64,000 bases of DNA from Camelus dromedarius (GCF_036321535.1 NC_087436.1:77378001-77442000), one strand, 5' to 3'; shown: positions 39,418-52,200, counted from the stretch's first letter. A program made the numbers and translations. Notes: generated by a model from the letters alone, not told the origin.

Positions 39418-39589
39418 CAAAGGTAGCTGACTACATTTTCAAACAGATTAAGTAATTGAAAATACAGATATACTGATAGATAACTAGAGATACAGATAGA
39501 TATGAATTCTGGAATGAAACAGAGTAAGTCTAGCCACTTGATCTGATTATAACCCTTTAAAGAGGACAAATCATTTACCATTTACTCCT

Positions 39590-40720
39590 AAGATCTCCTC
39601 CACCCTTAAAACTCTCATTTGCTTAAACACTTACTTTTCGGTGACTGGCTACCTCATCACCATGTCCTCTCTCTTCTTTACATATTCCACTTTAATCATT
39701 TATTGCTTATTGAAGTTTGGTTCCCAGATTGCAAATTTCAGGTGTGATCTAAATCACACACACCAGAGAGGATTAGTCCTCCTCCTATTTTGTACATTCA
39801 TCATTAATAGAAAGATATTTACCTTTTGGGTGGAGCCACAACAAATATTTTTCCTCTTTGAAAATCACATATTTTTATGTGTTCAGATACAAATCCATAA
39901 AGTATACTGAAATTGCTTAACCCCTATGTCTACTCCAGCCTCCACCCCTACTTCATCTACTCTTCTACCACTAGGACATTTGATTGTTTGACTTCACTTT
40001 CTGTTAGGTCACTCATGTGCTTGCTTTGACTTTTCATCCAGGCTAGGCAGGGTTCTCTGTTTAGTTACATCAGTACTGATCTTAACTAACCCTCCCAAAT
40101 TTCCCAGCATGGCATATGGAGAAATACAAGTCATATGGATGTAAAACACTGAGGTTTGACTCTTAGTCCTATCTCTTCTTAGTTTTATGATCTTGGACAG
40201 TTTAGTTAACATCTCAAAGCATCAAATTCTTCATCTATAAAATGGAAATATTAATATCCAGTTCATAGTGTGATAAGAATTAGAAAAGACTACATATTTT
40301 TCTAGAATAGCTTTATTCTTTCCCTCTTCTGTACATTTTTTAACAGTGTTTATATTTTTATAATATGTACATGTAGAAAACTGAGGAATGCTCAGCAAAT
40401 GCATAGTAAATTTTAGGCCTTGTGCCTTGTACCTCTCTCTGCCCTTGGACATACTCTCCTTCTGGTGCCCCTGCTTATTCTTCAGCTTTGACCATGCTGA
40501 CTTTCTTGTTGCTCCTAAAACATTTCACACACATTCCCATTTCAAGACTTTTAATTTGCTGTTCACTTTATCTGAATAGCTCCCTGCTTCCCTCTCCTTT
40601 CCCCCTAATTAAAAAAGTATTTCTTATTTTTTATCTCCTACTTCATGTCTTTTATTTTCAAGTAAAGCCAACCTATCAAGATTGCATCATCTGCCTTCTT
40701 CCAGATATAGGAGATAAACC
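39590..40720 (+). mobile_element. LINE-2 fragments interrupted by a MIR
   Basis: cttcagctttgaccatgctgactttcttgttgctcctaaaacat...ttgctgttcactttatctgaatagctc. Confidence 0.6.
40130..40412 (+). mobile_element. MIR SINE
   Basis: tgatcttggacagtttagttaacatctc...ttcttcatctataaaatggaaatattaata...atgctcagcaaatgcatag. Confidence 0.8.
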
Positions 40721-40933
40721 TAGAATATTCTGATATGCTAGAAATCAAGGAAGCTCTTAAAGAATACAGCAGCTGTGTGGAAGACAGTTTCCTAATCAAA
40801 AAGAAGAGTGATATGTAGATGAAACTTCTATTTCTGGCTACTGTGGAATAATCTGTATCAGGCCATCCCTTCCACTGAGTATAAGTATAAAGGCAGGGTT
40901 AAAAATGTTAAATAAATGAATATAATGTTTTAA

Positions 40934-41067
40934 GGGGGGAGGAGATAGCTCAGTGGTAGAGTGTGTGCTTTGTATGCATGAGGTCCTGGGTTCAATCCCC
41001 AGTACTTCCATTTAAAAATTAATGAATTAATTAATTTAAAAACCCTAATTACCTACCCCCCCCAAAA
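40934..41067 (+). mobile_element. tRNA-Ala-derived SINE (camelid Vic-1-like)
   Basis: ggggggaggagatagctcagtggtagag...gaggtcctgggttcaatccccagtacttcca with A and B boxes; AT-rich tail ending ccctaattacctacccccccc; degenerate TSD starting aatataat (40919, 41076). Confidence 0.9.
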
Positions 41068-41237
41068 TTTTTTTTAATATAATTAATTAGGGAGCAACTA
41101 TAGCAGCCAGCATTTGAGGGCCCCACATTCCAGAAAGAAATTTAGGTGACTCATCTTTCTCTGCCATTTTCCCCAAAGGAATATTAGCCAAATTTCAGGC
41201 ACAGCATTGAGGTGATGCAGAAAGTGACAACCTAAAG

Positions 41238-41285
41238 CAGGGAGCAGCAAACTACTCCCTGAGGGCCAGATCTGGCCTGCTGTGC
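41238..41285 (+). mobile_element. MER58-like 5' terminal fragment
   Basis: cagggagcagcaaactactccctgagggccagatctggcctgctg, similar to the element start at 23222. Confidence 0.6.
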
Positions 41286-41995
41286 AGTGGTGGCGTGGCG
41301 TGGTTTTATCAGAGACTGTCTACCATGTAAAGCAGAATTTACATCTCTCTCACAGAACCAAAAGGACAAGGGCTGCCAGTGAGAAAGAGCACTGGAAAAC
41401 ATGTTTTTTAGTGAGACCTCTGAAAGGCTATGCTCTATGAATAAAGGGAAACTCAAATTAGACAGACTCCACCAAAGCTAACACCCAGTCTTAATCCCTC
41501 AGTCCTTGATTAGATGACAGTCCTTGATTTATACCACTTTTACTGACAACCTGAAGAGAAGTAGATCTTTTCTGGAAGAACATAACTTTATCCAAAACTC
41601 CTTCAGTTTTTCATACTCAGTGTCTGACATTTAATCAATAACTATCAGAATGTCAGCAGGCAAGGACAAGTGACATAAAAGCGAGAGAGGAAAACAAATA
41701 ATAGAAAGCCAAAAAGGGTCAAGGCAGTGAAGTTACCAGGTAAAGACTTTAAAATAACTGATTAATATATTTGAGATAATAAATGACAATATTGGTAACT
41801 TCCCACAGAACCCACAGTATATGCAAAAATTGAAAATTCTAAAAGTGAAAAATACAATTAATGAAATTAAGAACACAATAGACATGTTTAGCAGCAGATA
41901 AAAGCTCTCTAGACTAAAGCAGTGAAAGAAAGAAAGATGGAAGGTATATAAAGGAATGTAAGAGATGAAGAACCTAATGTAACTGTCATACGGAT

Positions 41996-42557
41996 TCTTT
42001 TGTTGTTGTTATTGAATTTTTTATTAATTTTTTATTTTTATACGCCTTTAAAGGTTACTTTCCATTCACAGTTATTACAAAATATTGGCTATACTCCCCA
42101 GATTGTACAATACAGCCTTGATCCTATCTTGTATCCAGTAGTTTGTACCTCCCACTCCCCCACCCCTATATTGCCCACCCCCATCCCTTCCCACTGGTAA
42201 CCACTAGTTTTTTTCTATATCTGTGAGTCTGCTTCTTTTTTGTTATATTCACTAGTTTGCTGTATTTTTTAAATTCCACATATAGGTGATACACTGTATG
42301 TGTCTTTCTCTGTCTGACTTATTTCACTTAGCATAACGCCCTCCAAGTCCCCCCATGTCACTGCAAATGGCAAGACTCATTATTTTTATGGCTGAGTAGT
42401 ATTCCATTGTGTGTTGAATAAAACACATCTTCCTTATCTGCTGATGGACACTTAGGTTGCTTCCATATCTTGGCTATTGTAAATAATGCTGCTGTGAACA
42501 TTGTGGTGCATGTGTCTTTTCGAATTAGTGTTTTTGTTTCTTTGGTTATATACAGGG
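41996..42557 (-). mobile_element. Lineage-specific L1, 5'-truncated (~560 bp)
   Basis: T-rich tail; ccactggtaaccactagttt...; ORF 42358..42612(-) contains KTLIRKDTCTTMFTAALFTIAKIWKQPKCPS, the ORF2p C-terminus. Confidence 0.92.
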
Positions 42558-43014
42558 GTTCTAATGTAGTCAAGAGAGATAATAAGGTGAAAAAATAACA
42601 AGGTGAAAACATAACAAGCTGAAGAGATACTAGTTTTCAAAAATAATAAACTAAAGATATCAAGTCTTTATAAATAAATGAAAACTTATTAATCCTAAAG
42701 AGGATGAATGAAACAAAGCCACAACTATGTATCCCATAATAAATCTTCTGAAAACCTAAGACAAAGAGAATAATTGTAAAAACAACTGGAGAAAGAGAGA
42801 AAAAAAGGCACAGTTCTCTCAATGAGGCTGCAGTGACTGACATCTGTTAGTAAGAAACTATGGAAACCAGATAAATCTGATCAAAATTCTAAATATAACT
42901 ACAAAAGCTACAAGAATATGGAAGAACATGTTAAATGTCATCAGGCATAGAATTGGCCAAATCCGGAATGTCGAAAATTCTAGCATATGACCTGGTTTCT
43001 TCATCAAACAGACA

Positions 43015-43104
43015 GAAGGAGGAGGAGAGGGAGAGGAAGGGAAGAGGAGAGGACAAAGGTAGGCAGAGGAGGAGGAAACGAAGAGGGGGAGGAGAGGAGG
43101 AGGT
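43015..43104. repeat. Purine-rich (GGA/GA) low-complexity tract
   Basis: Direct reading; about 90 nt almost entirely G/A. Confidence 0.9.
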
Positions 43105-44227
43105 GAAATTTTATCTTGAAATGCATGTTGATCAAATGCAGTGTTGGAACTTTGCATTTGTCCTGATTTCAATAAACTCTAAAAAAATATTTACGAAACA
43201 GTTGGGGAATTTTAGGTGTGATAATCCTATTCTGAATATGTTTTTTAAAGCCCTTAACTCTTAGAGATGCATACTAAACTACACACAGATAATAATATAA
43301 TATTCATGATTTCCTTTAATATATAATTCAGTAGCTGCATGGATAAGATTTGCCATGTTGACAATTTTTGAAGCTGGTTGATGGATACAGGAAATCTCTT
43401 ATACTATTGTATCTCCATTTGTGTTTTCGAACATTTCTATAATAAAAAAGCCAAAATTTTTAAAAGAGAAAAAAAATTGCTTTTAGCTATTTAAGTTGGA
43501 CAAAATGAGCTTACAGTCCATATTTTAAAAAGGATATCTGTAGAATTATTTTATTATACCTAAGTCCCAGGTATTTCCTCAGAAACTCGAAAAGTCAAAG
43601 CAACAATTCTAGATTCTGAAGTTTCAGTTTTTTTATAGAGACTCAAAATCATTTTTAAAAACTTTCTTCTTTCTTTCAAATTTGTGCTGTAGACACTGGT
43701 TCAAGACTTCCTAGCTAAAGTGCAACAGATATTTACAAACCACCCGTACAGAATGTGCTTTATATACCAGTATGGAGAGGAACAAGTCTTACTGTCTACC
43801 TGCACTGGCCCTTTGAGCTCCTTTATGTGAATTAGGAAGAGGTCCTACTGAAGTTCACTTGTTTGAGATCTGGGTTCCAGCCTTTGCTGATCCCTCATCT
43901 GGACATTATTTTTCAGTGAACAAATTAAACAAGTTCCTGTGACAGCCTTAGGATTGTGGAATCCTTTCTCCATTTTTCAGGCTTCACTGCCAGTTAAGCT
44001 AAAAATTATTATTTTTTGATAGAAAATTACTGATTTACTATATCCCCTCCTCCTCCTACTGAGTTTCTACTCCTTTTCTTCACACACTGCTGGTGAAAAC
44101 TGCTTTTAAGCCCATAATGGATGATTCTTCTTTGCATATTACATGAAATCCTCCTGTTCACATAAACCAGTCACTGCAACACAGCCATTTCTTCCACAGA
44201 TTTGTAAAGGGACAGAGAACAACCCAT

Positions 44228-44462
44228 ACCTTTTTAAAACTAAACTTTTTGAGTAATTGCGCTTCACGTGCAATTGGAAGAAATAATATCTTTTGCATAG
44301 TTTTCCCCAGTGCTGACATCCTACAAATTCTAGTACAGTATCACAACCAGTATCTTGACATTGATACAACCCATCAGTCTTAGCCAGCTTTCCCCAATTT
44401 TACTTGTATTCATTTGGTATTTGTATTTGGCCTGATGCAATTTTGATATATGTGTAGGTTAT
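44228..44462 (-). mobile_element. L1MC-like 3' end fragment
   Basis: tagtacagtatcacaaccagtatcttgacattgatacaa...tgcaattttgatatatgtgtaggtt. Confidence 0.75.
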
Positions 44463-44524
44463 CCCACACATTTGTACTTGTATGCTTTTGTACAGATACC
44501 ATGTCTTAACTGAACTAGCATAAA

Positions 44525-44782
44525 AATAATAGCTAGCACATAATATTTAATATATGTCCAACAGTGTTCTAAGCATCTTACATGTATTAATTCACTTAAT
44601 ACTCAGAACAAGCTTAGAAAGCAGGAACTATTTATTACCTCCTTTCTAAAGATGAAAAAACTGAGGCACAGTAAGTTTAAGTACTTCACTCCGTGTCACA
44701 TAGCAAACCAGGAGCAAAGCTGAGACTGGAGCCAGGCAAGTGGATCCAGTGTCTGTGCCCTTAATATCAACACCGAATGCCC
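44525..44782 (-). mobile_element. MIR SINE, near full length
   Basis: aataatagctagcacataa...catgtattaattcacttaatactc...aaagatgaaaaaactgaggcacag...gtcacatagc. Confidence 0.88.
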
Positions 44783-45039
44783 TGACAAATTAATTCATTT
44801 TTTCAGATCTTCCATATTTTCTAAATGGGTACTAATAGAATTTCTTGAGTCAACATCTCTATTTCCTTACATTACCTAGTTCTACCACAGAAAAGCCATT
44901 TCTTGTGACTCTAACTTCAGATCACAGCCTGGCCAGCACGCTGCTCTCTGTCTATCCCACTTTACTGAAGCAGCATGAAGATTGAATGAGATCAGGCAAT
45001 TCAGCTGTCTAGCACAGTATTATTTGCCTTCTTTCCCTT

Positions 45040-45995
45040 TGAATCTATTATTCCTTCTCCATGTCACCACAGATAGGTCCAGACCCTCCCATTACGTACC
45101 CAAATTCCTCAGGATAATAAATTAGGGTATTCAGACACTGTTCATATATATATGTTGAAACAGACCTTAGCCTTTTTTATTTCCTCTGGTCTCTCCCAGC
45201 CCTGCCTCTACTCTCAGTCCCCACAATGAAACCTAGTCTTCTTTTCATCCAACTGGCTCATCATTTTCCAAATCTTCACCTTGTCACTCCCCTACCCAGC
45301 ACTACAGATTCTTCTCAATCTTTGGCTATCAATATGAATGTATGTATCTCTGTACTCTTCAAAGAGGAAGAGTTGGACTCTTCTTTGAAGAAAGCATATG
45401 AGAAATCCCAGTTCATAATAGGTATTGAAAAAAAGTCTCCAGAATCCCATTGACTAAGGGCTTTAGGATCTGTGGAACACAGCTTAAAAGCACCTCTACT
45501 TGTATTTACTCCACCTCTACAATATTTCTTACAATTTGTCCCACCCCACTGGATCTTTCTCTCCTCTTCCTTATGCTTCCATTTGTGTTGCTATGGTTGT
45601 TCATTTTTTGCTTTGACTCATACTTTTTATCCTTACCTGGAATATTGTCCACCCTCCTCTCCACTTTTGAATTCCTATTTATTCTCCAAACCAACTCTAA
45701 AGGGTTTTTTAAGACACTGCCTTGTTTTCCTCACCAGCATCTCTTTGGCTGCTATTGCCTGCACCAAGGCATCCTTCTGGCATTAATAAAATGTTTCCTT
45801 GTTTTGGGATTTATTGCTGTTGATAGTCACTTTGTGCCATTGCAAGCTCTTGAATGGCAATGCCACTTTCTCAGAATCCCATGTTTTCCACTATATAATC
45901 TTAGGCAAAGTACGTCTTTGCATTCCCATAGCAGTTAGCAGAGTGTACTACATATAAGGCCTACCCAGACATTTTTTTTTTAGATGAATAACTGA
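45040..45995 (+). mobile_element. LINE-2 3' fragments
   Basis: ccttacctggaatattgtcc...attcccatagcagttagcagagtgtactacatataaggcctacc...tagatgaataactgaa. Confidence 0.55.
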
Positions 45996-47389
45996 AATGT
46001 TTGCAACATCATGGCTTAGAGTATAGAAATTGTATGATGTACTCAGTGTTAAAGGGAAACATCACTTAAATTCTGGGCAACCTTAGAAACAAGCAAATGA
46101 TTCTTACTGACCTCATAGTTCATGTAAAACCAATAATCCCATTCATATGTATTGCTACAAATTTTTTAGTTAGAAAAAATGCATAGCGTTATTCCTAACA
46201 ACTTATGCTAATGAAAATGCAAATAGTTTGGCCTATATTCCTATACAACTGAATCATGAAAAGAAACATTTATAAAAATAATACCTAAGCCTGTGAATGA
46301 CGTCAGAGACTAAATACATGCAGTCTATGTTCATGGTAGAAATAGATACACAGTTTGTATAAAATAAAAATTTAAGGAAAAAAGGGTGAAGTTGATTCTT
46401 TTCCTAAGCCTATGCCTATAAGCTTATACCTATGAATTAGACCCCAAACTTATTTATTTTCAGGCTTATGCTGATTGTTTGTGACAACTTTCTGTTGTAA
46501 GAAATTTATACAAAATCTGTATCATGTAATTATCACATACATAATTATATACTTTTTTATTTAGGTAACATTATCATACCACATTGCTTTCTTTAAAGGA
46601 GATTTATATTTAATCAAGTTCAAGAAGTCCTAGTGTGAGATACTGAGGAAGGGAAGAAGAAAATTCAGATACCTCCAGGTATCTGCTATTGCTCATGAGT
46701 AGTTTAAAGAATACTGTTCTAGGGGGAACATCATACCATTTTCATTGTTTCTGGGAAGGTGGCATAGAGGGAAATTATTTCATCATCACCAGAACTATTT
46801 TATCAATATTGTTGATCCTGAAAAACTTAACAGAGTGGTTTTGATGATCACTAGCCATTTTAAAGTGGTACTTCGAAAGATCCTGGGATGAGAGTTAATG
46901 TCAAATAAAAGAGCTATATTAAATACTGATATATTAAATGGAGAGAAATAGGTGAGCACCTATATCTTTGTACAGTATTCTAGAACTTTAGATTGTTTTT
47001 TATTTAATCTTCAAGGGCTAGATTCCATTAAGAGCAGAAAGGATAGCCAACAAAAACTTGCCTGTCACAGCCCTCTATCTAATCCACTGGAAACTAGAAT
47101 AAGACTTATTTGCAAAGCCTGAGTGGGAAATTCTTAAGACTTGTTGTTCATCCAGTAACTATAAGGGTAGGTTTAGTTAACAAAATTGAACATTGATTTT
47201 CTACAGTCCAGCCCATGACTCACTTAGGTTTTGTAGCTGAGTAGATAGAATAAGTGAAGAAATCGACCAGATTATACAGGATTCTAATTTAGAAGAGAAG
47301 AAGTGGAACAGATATAGTGTCTGAATAACTCAAATTACCAAGCCACAATAAAATTGTAATTCATAGGATCACTTAGACAGATAATATAA

Positions 47390-47528
47390 GAATGTGGCAT
47401 ATCACATGGGTTCTGGCATCTTACTGGCCCTTCCAGGTGTAGCTGTGCAATTCCAGGCAAGCGTCTCAAGTGCTGGGCTTTACTGTCCTCTGTGGAATGT
47501 GATAATAATATAATCTACTCTAACTGTT
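47390..47528 (+). mobile_element. MIR fragment
   Basis: atgggttctggcatc...gctgtgcaattccaggcaagcgtctc...tctgtggaatgtgataataatataatctactc. Confidence 0.6.
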
Positions 47529-48076
47529 GTGAGGCATGGGGGACATCTATTATTTTTGCCCAGGATCCCTTTTACCCTTCTAATCATGAGACCCTAGTAC
47601 CCTAGTTTTCCTCTAGTAGTCCCCTCCCCTCCACTTTTAGCTTGTGTTCATTAGCGGAACATTGTAATTTAACCTGGCCAATTATGCCTTCCTTCCCCGG
47701 GCTCTGTTACTGGGTCAGAGACACTGATATTGTCCAGTTAGAGCAAAAGTGATACAAAGAAAATTTTTCTGGGATTTTTTTGGGAGAAAGGCATTTTCTT
47801 TCCCACTGGACTGGAACGTAAGGCTGAAGCTGCAGGGAGCTAGCTTGCTGTGAAGAGCTTGAGAACTAAAATAACATGAGAGGAAGGCAAAGCCCAGGGA
47901 TAGAGACCGGACAGAAGTCATTCAAGACCCTGAATCTAGCAGTTTGTGAAATGAGCTCTCACCCTGTACTTTTAGTTACTTGAACCAAAAAATTCCTTAT
48001 TTTGCAGGGGGAGTTCAGCTTAAGCCAGTCTGAGTTAGGTCTTCTGACACTAACCATATGAAGTTTAAATGAGACA
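47529..48076 (+). mobile_element. Old MaLR LTR (MLT1K/L-like)
   Basis: aacctggccaatta...taaggctgaagctgcagg...ctgtacttttagttacttgaaccaaaaaattcctt...gcttaagccagtctgagttaggt. Confidence 0.75.
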
Positions 48077-48087
48077 ACACACATTTT

Positions 48088-48155
48088 TATATATATATAT
48101 ATATGAACTTGGATATAGTTAGATAGATAGATAGGTAATAGATAGGTGATAGATA
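48088..48155. repeat. (TA)n and degenerate (GATA)n microsatellites
   Basis: Direct reading. Confidence 0.8.
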
Positions 48156-48204
48156 TCTCAGTTCCTAAAGGACAGTGGTGCTTGGGAATATAACTAACTC
48201 GTCT

Positions 48205-48825
48205 GTGTACTCATTATATTCTAAATACTATTCTATTGGCTTCAGATAATTATCTTATTTAATCCTTACAACCTTATCAGGCAGAGTGTATTCATTACCT
48301 ATTGTGGTATAACAAATTACACCAAAGCTTAACATTTATTGTTTCATAGTCTCTATGTAAGTTAGGAGTTTGGGAGCACTTTATTTGAATGGTCTCTCAT
48401 GAGGCTACAGTTCCATGTCATTTGGGATTACAGATACCTGAAGGCTTGACTGGGGCTGGAGAATCCACTTTCAAGATAAAAGAGTAAATGATCTGATAGA
48501 GACAGCAACTTCAATGTCTTTCATGACTGAGTATTGGAAGTGACACTATACCACTTATATACCATTCTATTGTTTACACAAGTTATCCCTTTTTGATGCA
48601 GGAGTGGACTATAGAAGGACGAAAATACCAGGAGACAGGGACCATCTTGGAGTACACTAAGCACACCACGTATATTATTATCTCTGTTTTAAAGATGAGG
48701 AAATTAATACTTGGAATATTTAAGTAATTTATACAATGTCACATAGCTATTAAGTGATAGAACATAATTTGGGACTTAGCCAGTCTTATTCCAGAACCTG
48801 CTCCCTTAACTACAATGTGATGCTC
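48205..48825 (-). mobile_element. MIR split by an LTR (48205-48286 and 48670-48825)
   Basis: attatcttatttaatccttacaacc | tattattatctctgttttaaagatgaggaaa...gtcacatagctattaagtg. Confidence 0.8.
48287..48669 (-). mobile_element. MaLR solo LTR (MLT1H-like)
   Basis: tgtattcattacctattgtggtataacaaattac...ctgaaggcttgactggggctggagaatccactttcaagat...aataccaggagacagggaccatcttggag. Confidence 0.8.
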
Positions 48826-49074
48826 TTTAGTTAACTGTTTCAGTAAAAGTTGTCCTTTATTACTTAATTAGCATGTATTCAGTAACTCATTTTCCTTCAT
48901 AAATGGATGTAAAACCATAGAATATAAAACTTAATGTTTGTCTCTATCACTTTAATATTGAAACACGTCTTTGTTTTAAAACTACAGCAAATATTAGTAA
49001 GGCTTAAAACAGTATATCCTTGCAAAATCTCAGAGATTTCATGTATATTAAGGCATTTTAAACAACTTCTCTGG

Positions 49075-49215
49075 CATTTCCATTGACCAAACCCAATCAG
49101 ACACCAGGATGTAGAAGTGCCTTGAGTGCACATCTCAGGGTCAACCTTCCAGGGATGCAGCCAGGCAAAAACAGACAAAGAAGTTCCACAGAACTGCAGA
49201 GAAGTACAAGCCCAA
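49075..49215 (-). mobile_element. ERVL LTR40/41-like fragment
   Basis: ccattgaccaaacccaatcagacaccagg...ggtcaaccttccagggatgcag. Confidence 0.5.
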
Positions 49216-52200
49216 CATCCCTACACTTTTCATTAGTAAATAACTTACCTAGAAAGAAGCACATTGTAAGTAAAGTGAAAAATGAACCCTATGTCGGGCA
49301 CGTTTTTAGGGGATTTTCCAAAACATTTTAGCTCACCAAAATATTCTGAATGATTAATATTTCATCCTTATTCCTTCTTTTCATCTTGATTTAAATAACC
49401 TGCCTTTCATTATCTTTTCATGTTAATTTTTTTTAGACCAACAGTATATTTAGAAGGTTTCACCCAGTTCATATAGTCAAGAGTTTCTAATAACTGTTTA
49501 AATGCCTTTATGCTCTGCTGTTCACATGATGTGTTCCGTATTACAGAACAGGTAAATGCTTTGACTGATAAAGAAGATAAGTTGTATCAACTAATTTTAT
49601 TTTAAAAATACTTTAACAGAATCAGATTGACTGATACATTCTACCAAATTTCAATATCCTTTTTCAGTGAGAAATTTTTTGTGAATATCCTAATGACAAG
49701 GAAATTCTTTTAAATATTTTCCTTGTTGTTGTTGTGGCTTTAGCATTTCATCTTTAGCTTGTCTTTATTGATTTACTTATTTATTTTAACCTGAGATTCT
49801 TATTTTATATGTGTTAAAAGTTCCCGGCTGAAAACATACAGTTGTAGTTTCATGGATATCTGTATATGGCACCCTACTTTCTCACCTCTACCAATGGTAT
49901 CCCAGTAAGCACTGTCCTTGAGCTAAGGTTCTGTCTTTCCCATCATGTCTAGAATTTTTCTTGCAGAGCATCTCTAGGACCACTCTTTTCTCTCCATTTC
50001 CATGGCCAAAATTTCAATCCATATTCTGATCAGCTCGGCAACTCTCTGCTCTGCTAATGCATTAAATACCGCAAACGTTTATTAAAGTGAAAATATGGAA
50101 TTATGGGACTTACGTAAATAAACTTGTTTTGGATAACGATGACAGCAATGTCTGTGGGGATTAAGAATCACTAGACTGCATGGAGCACAAGAGGTCAGGA
50201 TAGCAGTTCTGATCTATGAGGCCGATTGGGCTGCCTATTGAAGCCATATGAGTAGATATTTTTCCCAGTGATTACTGGAGTTAATATTTTCCACAGTGTA
50301 ATGGTAACTGGAAGAGTCTATAATTGGTTTCATCAATATAGGAAACTTCCTTGTTTCAAAACACAGTTAAAGTAATTCAGAGCACTGAAATAATATTTTT
50401 GAGGTACCCTTCTTGAGTCTGGCAATAAAAGTCAATGTTCAGGGCCAAGCAGAACAGAATAATGAAAAAAAAAATCCTTGTAAGTTTTAAGGGGTTTTTT
50501 GTTTTGTTTCAATGTCAAAAAGGACCTCCACATATTTCTAAAAACTTTGCAATCTGGAATGGCTATTGTCTTTGGCCCTGATTTAACCAGTAAACTAGTT
50601 ACCCTGAATTCTGAGACGCTCGTGATAGACGTGTGGCTGGTGAAATAGGCCCTCTGTTTAGTGGACTATGGTTTCTGCAGAAAGAACTGCAGTACTTCAG
50701 GCTATTTTAATGTCATGGCTTTAAAAGAATAACCCTAGTGCAATTAAGTCATAGTTTGGAGTGGAAAGGAGGTAGGGAAGGATATATTAAAACCAATGGA
50801 AACACTGCTGACCAAATTACTTTGGCTGTTTGATGGAGCAGATACATGAGATTAAAAAGTGGTGATTTCAGTAGTGTGTGCATACTACTGTCCAAGAGGG
50901 TTTGACTTTCAGATTACTGAAGCTATAAAGAAAAATCGCCACCTCTGTGCTTGCTTACTTTTCAAATACGAAATACTTAAAAACTGAACTCTAATTATGG
51001 ACTATAGTCCTCCTGTGAACATTAATAAAAGTTTGACCAAACCTGAATTATGCTTTCCACAACCTTTTTAAAGTCAAATGAAAAAAAAAAAAAAAACAAA
51101 CCTCAACCAATTATAGTAACAGTGCTGTGTAGGAGGTTTGCAAATATATGATACATTTTGACAGCTGTTTTTTACTGGAATCCTATCAAGACAATCACTA
51201 AAATATTTTGGAATGCTTGAAATGAGGGGATGCTAAATTTGTAGCTGTGCTTCAGCCACTCGAGGCCCCAGAGTTTGACAGTGTTTTTTTGGTTGCTTCG
51301 GTTCTACCGATTCTTGAAGTCAGTCTCATTCTGTAAATCAGATCCCCCAGGGATTAACACAAAATACTCACTTTAAATGTAATCCTTCCCCATTCAAAAT
51401 GTTTATACTGTTTATGCAAAGAAGTTTGTCCTTCTGACCACTTGATCAAAAAATGGACAGGTAGACTATTCAGAGATTGTCCCTATAAAAGGGGCTTGAT
51501 GATTAAAACATAATACTCCCTAACTTGTAAATCACAGGTTTCTGTGAAGCTCAGGGAGGAGTTAAGTGGAAGTGTACAGAGCTGATGCTTGACTCTGTGA
51601 TTGTCGATATTCTCTTAGATGACAGTGCAGGGCAGATGGTGTCCTGTCCCCTGGTCTGTGAACTGACTAGCTGCAGTAACTGTGTCATAGCCATCCCTAT
51701 CTTCATGGTTAATCTTAGTCTCCCTTGTGTTGCTTTTGTTATTGTTATTGTTGTGTGTGTGTTTTATTTAGAATTATGTTATCCTGAACATCTGTTAAAA
51801 AAATCACTTTTTCTTATCCTTCAACCCCTCTTCTTCCCTCTCTACTCCAACTCAGTCACCTGTGCTTAAATTTGTCACAACCTAGCTAGGTCCCAGAGCT
51901 CCTACACCCATCTGGAAGCACCTGAGCCTGAGACTTCCTTCCGAATCTGTCCTTCTCTCCTAGCATTGGACAGCAAAGCATCTCCCTCACACTACCTAAG
52001 AGCATCCTAAGGTCTATAACAGGTGGCAAACAGGAAACCCAGATTTTGCATCAATTCCAGGTCCTTTTCACAGTGGGTCCCTGAAGTTACTTGCTACAGC
52101 CCTTATACCAAGCCCTGTAGGAAACAAGACCTGCAATGTATAAGGCATGCACATAGACTCAGTCTAGATCTCCTTTATCTACTACCACTTCCTGCCTCTT

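Larger units (their letters stand above)
40820..43470 (+). mobile_element. Old L1 remnants (5' UTR/ORF1-like, then L1MC-like 3' end) hosting younger inserts
   Basis: aaagactttaaaataactgattaatatatt...gaaattaagaacacaatagacatgtttagcagcaga (ORF1-like); tgaagctggttgatggatacagg...acatttctataataaaaaa (3' end). Confidence 0.6.

Noticed and set aside
40940..41010. Possible tRNA-Ala gene
   Set aside because: Mutated anticodon arm, extra 5' G-run and SINE tail indicate a SINE.
41974..42568. ctaatgta on both sides of the 42-kb L1 as a TSD
   Set aside because: The left copy is ~15 bp from the tail and the following bases do not match, so the TSD is not supported.
42581..42625. Short tandem duplications (ataacaaggtgaaaa here; also 41500-41529, 59350-59373, ~12197-12221)
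   Set aside because: Two to three copies of 12-16 bp without unique spacers; ordinary slippage, not CRISPR-like or a minisatellite system.
42935..43264. 109-aa ORF with a charged E/R/G run
   Set aside because: The run is the translation of a purine-rich low-complexity tract inside L1 remnants.
45450..45938. Longest ORF in the track (162 aa, +)
   Set aside because: Non-ATG start, L/F-rich composition typical of pyrimidine-rich DNA, overlaps L2 relics, no recognisable domain.
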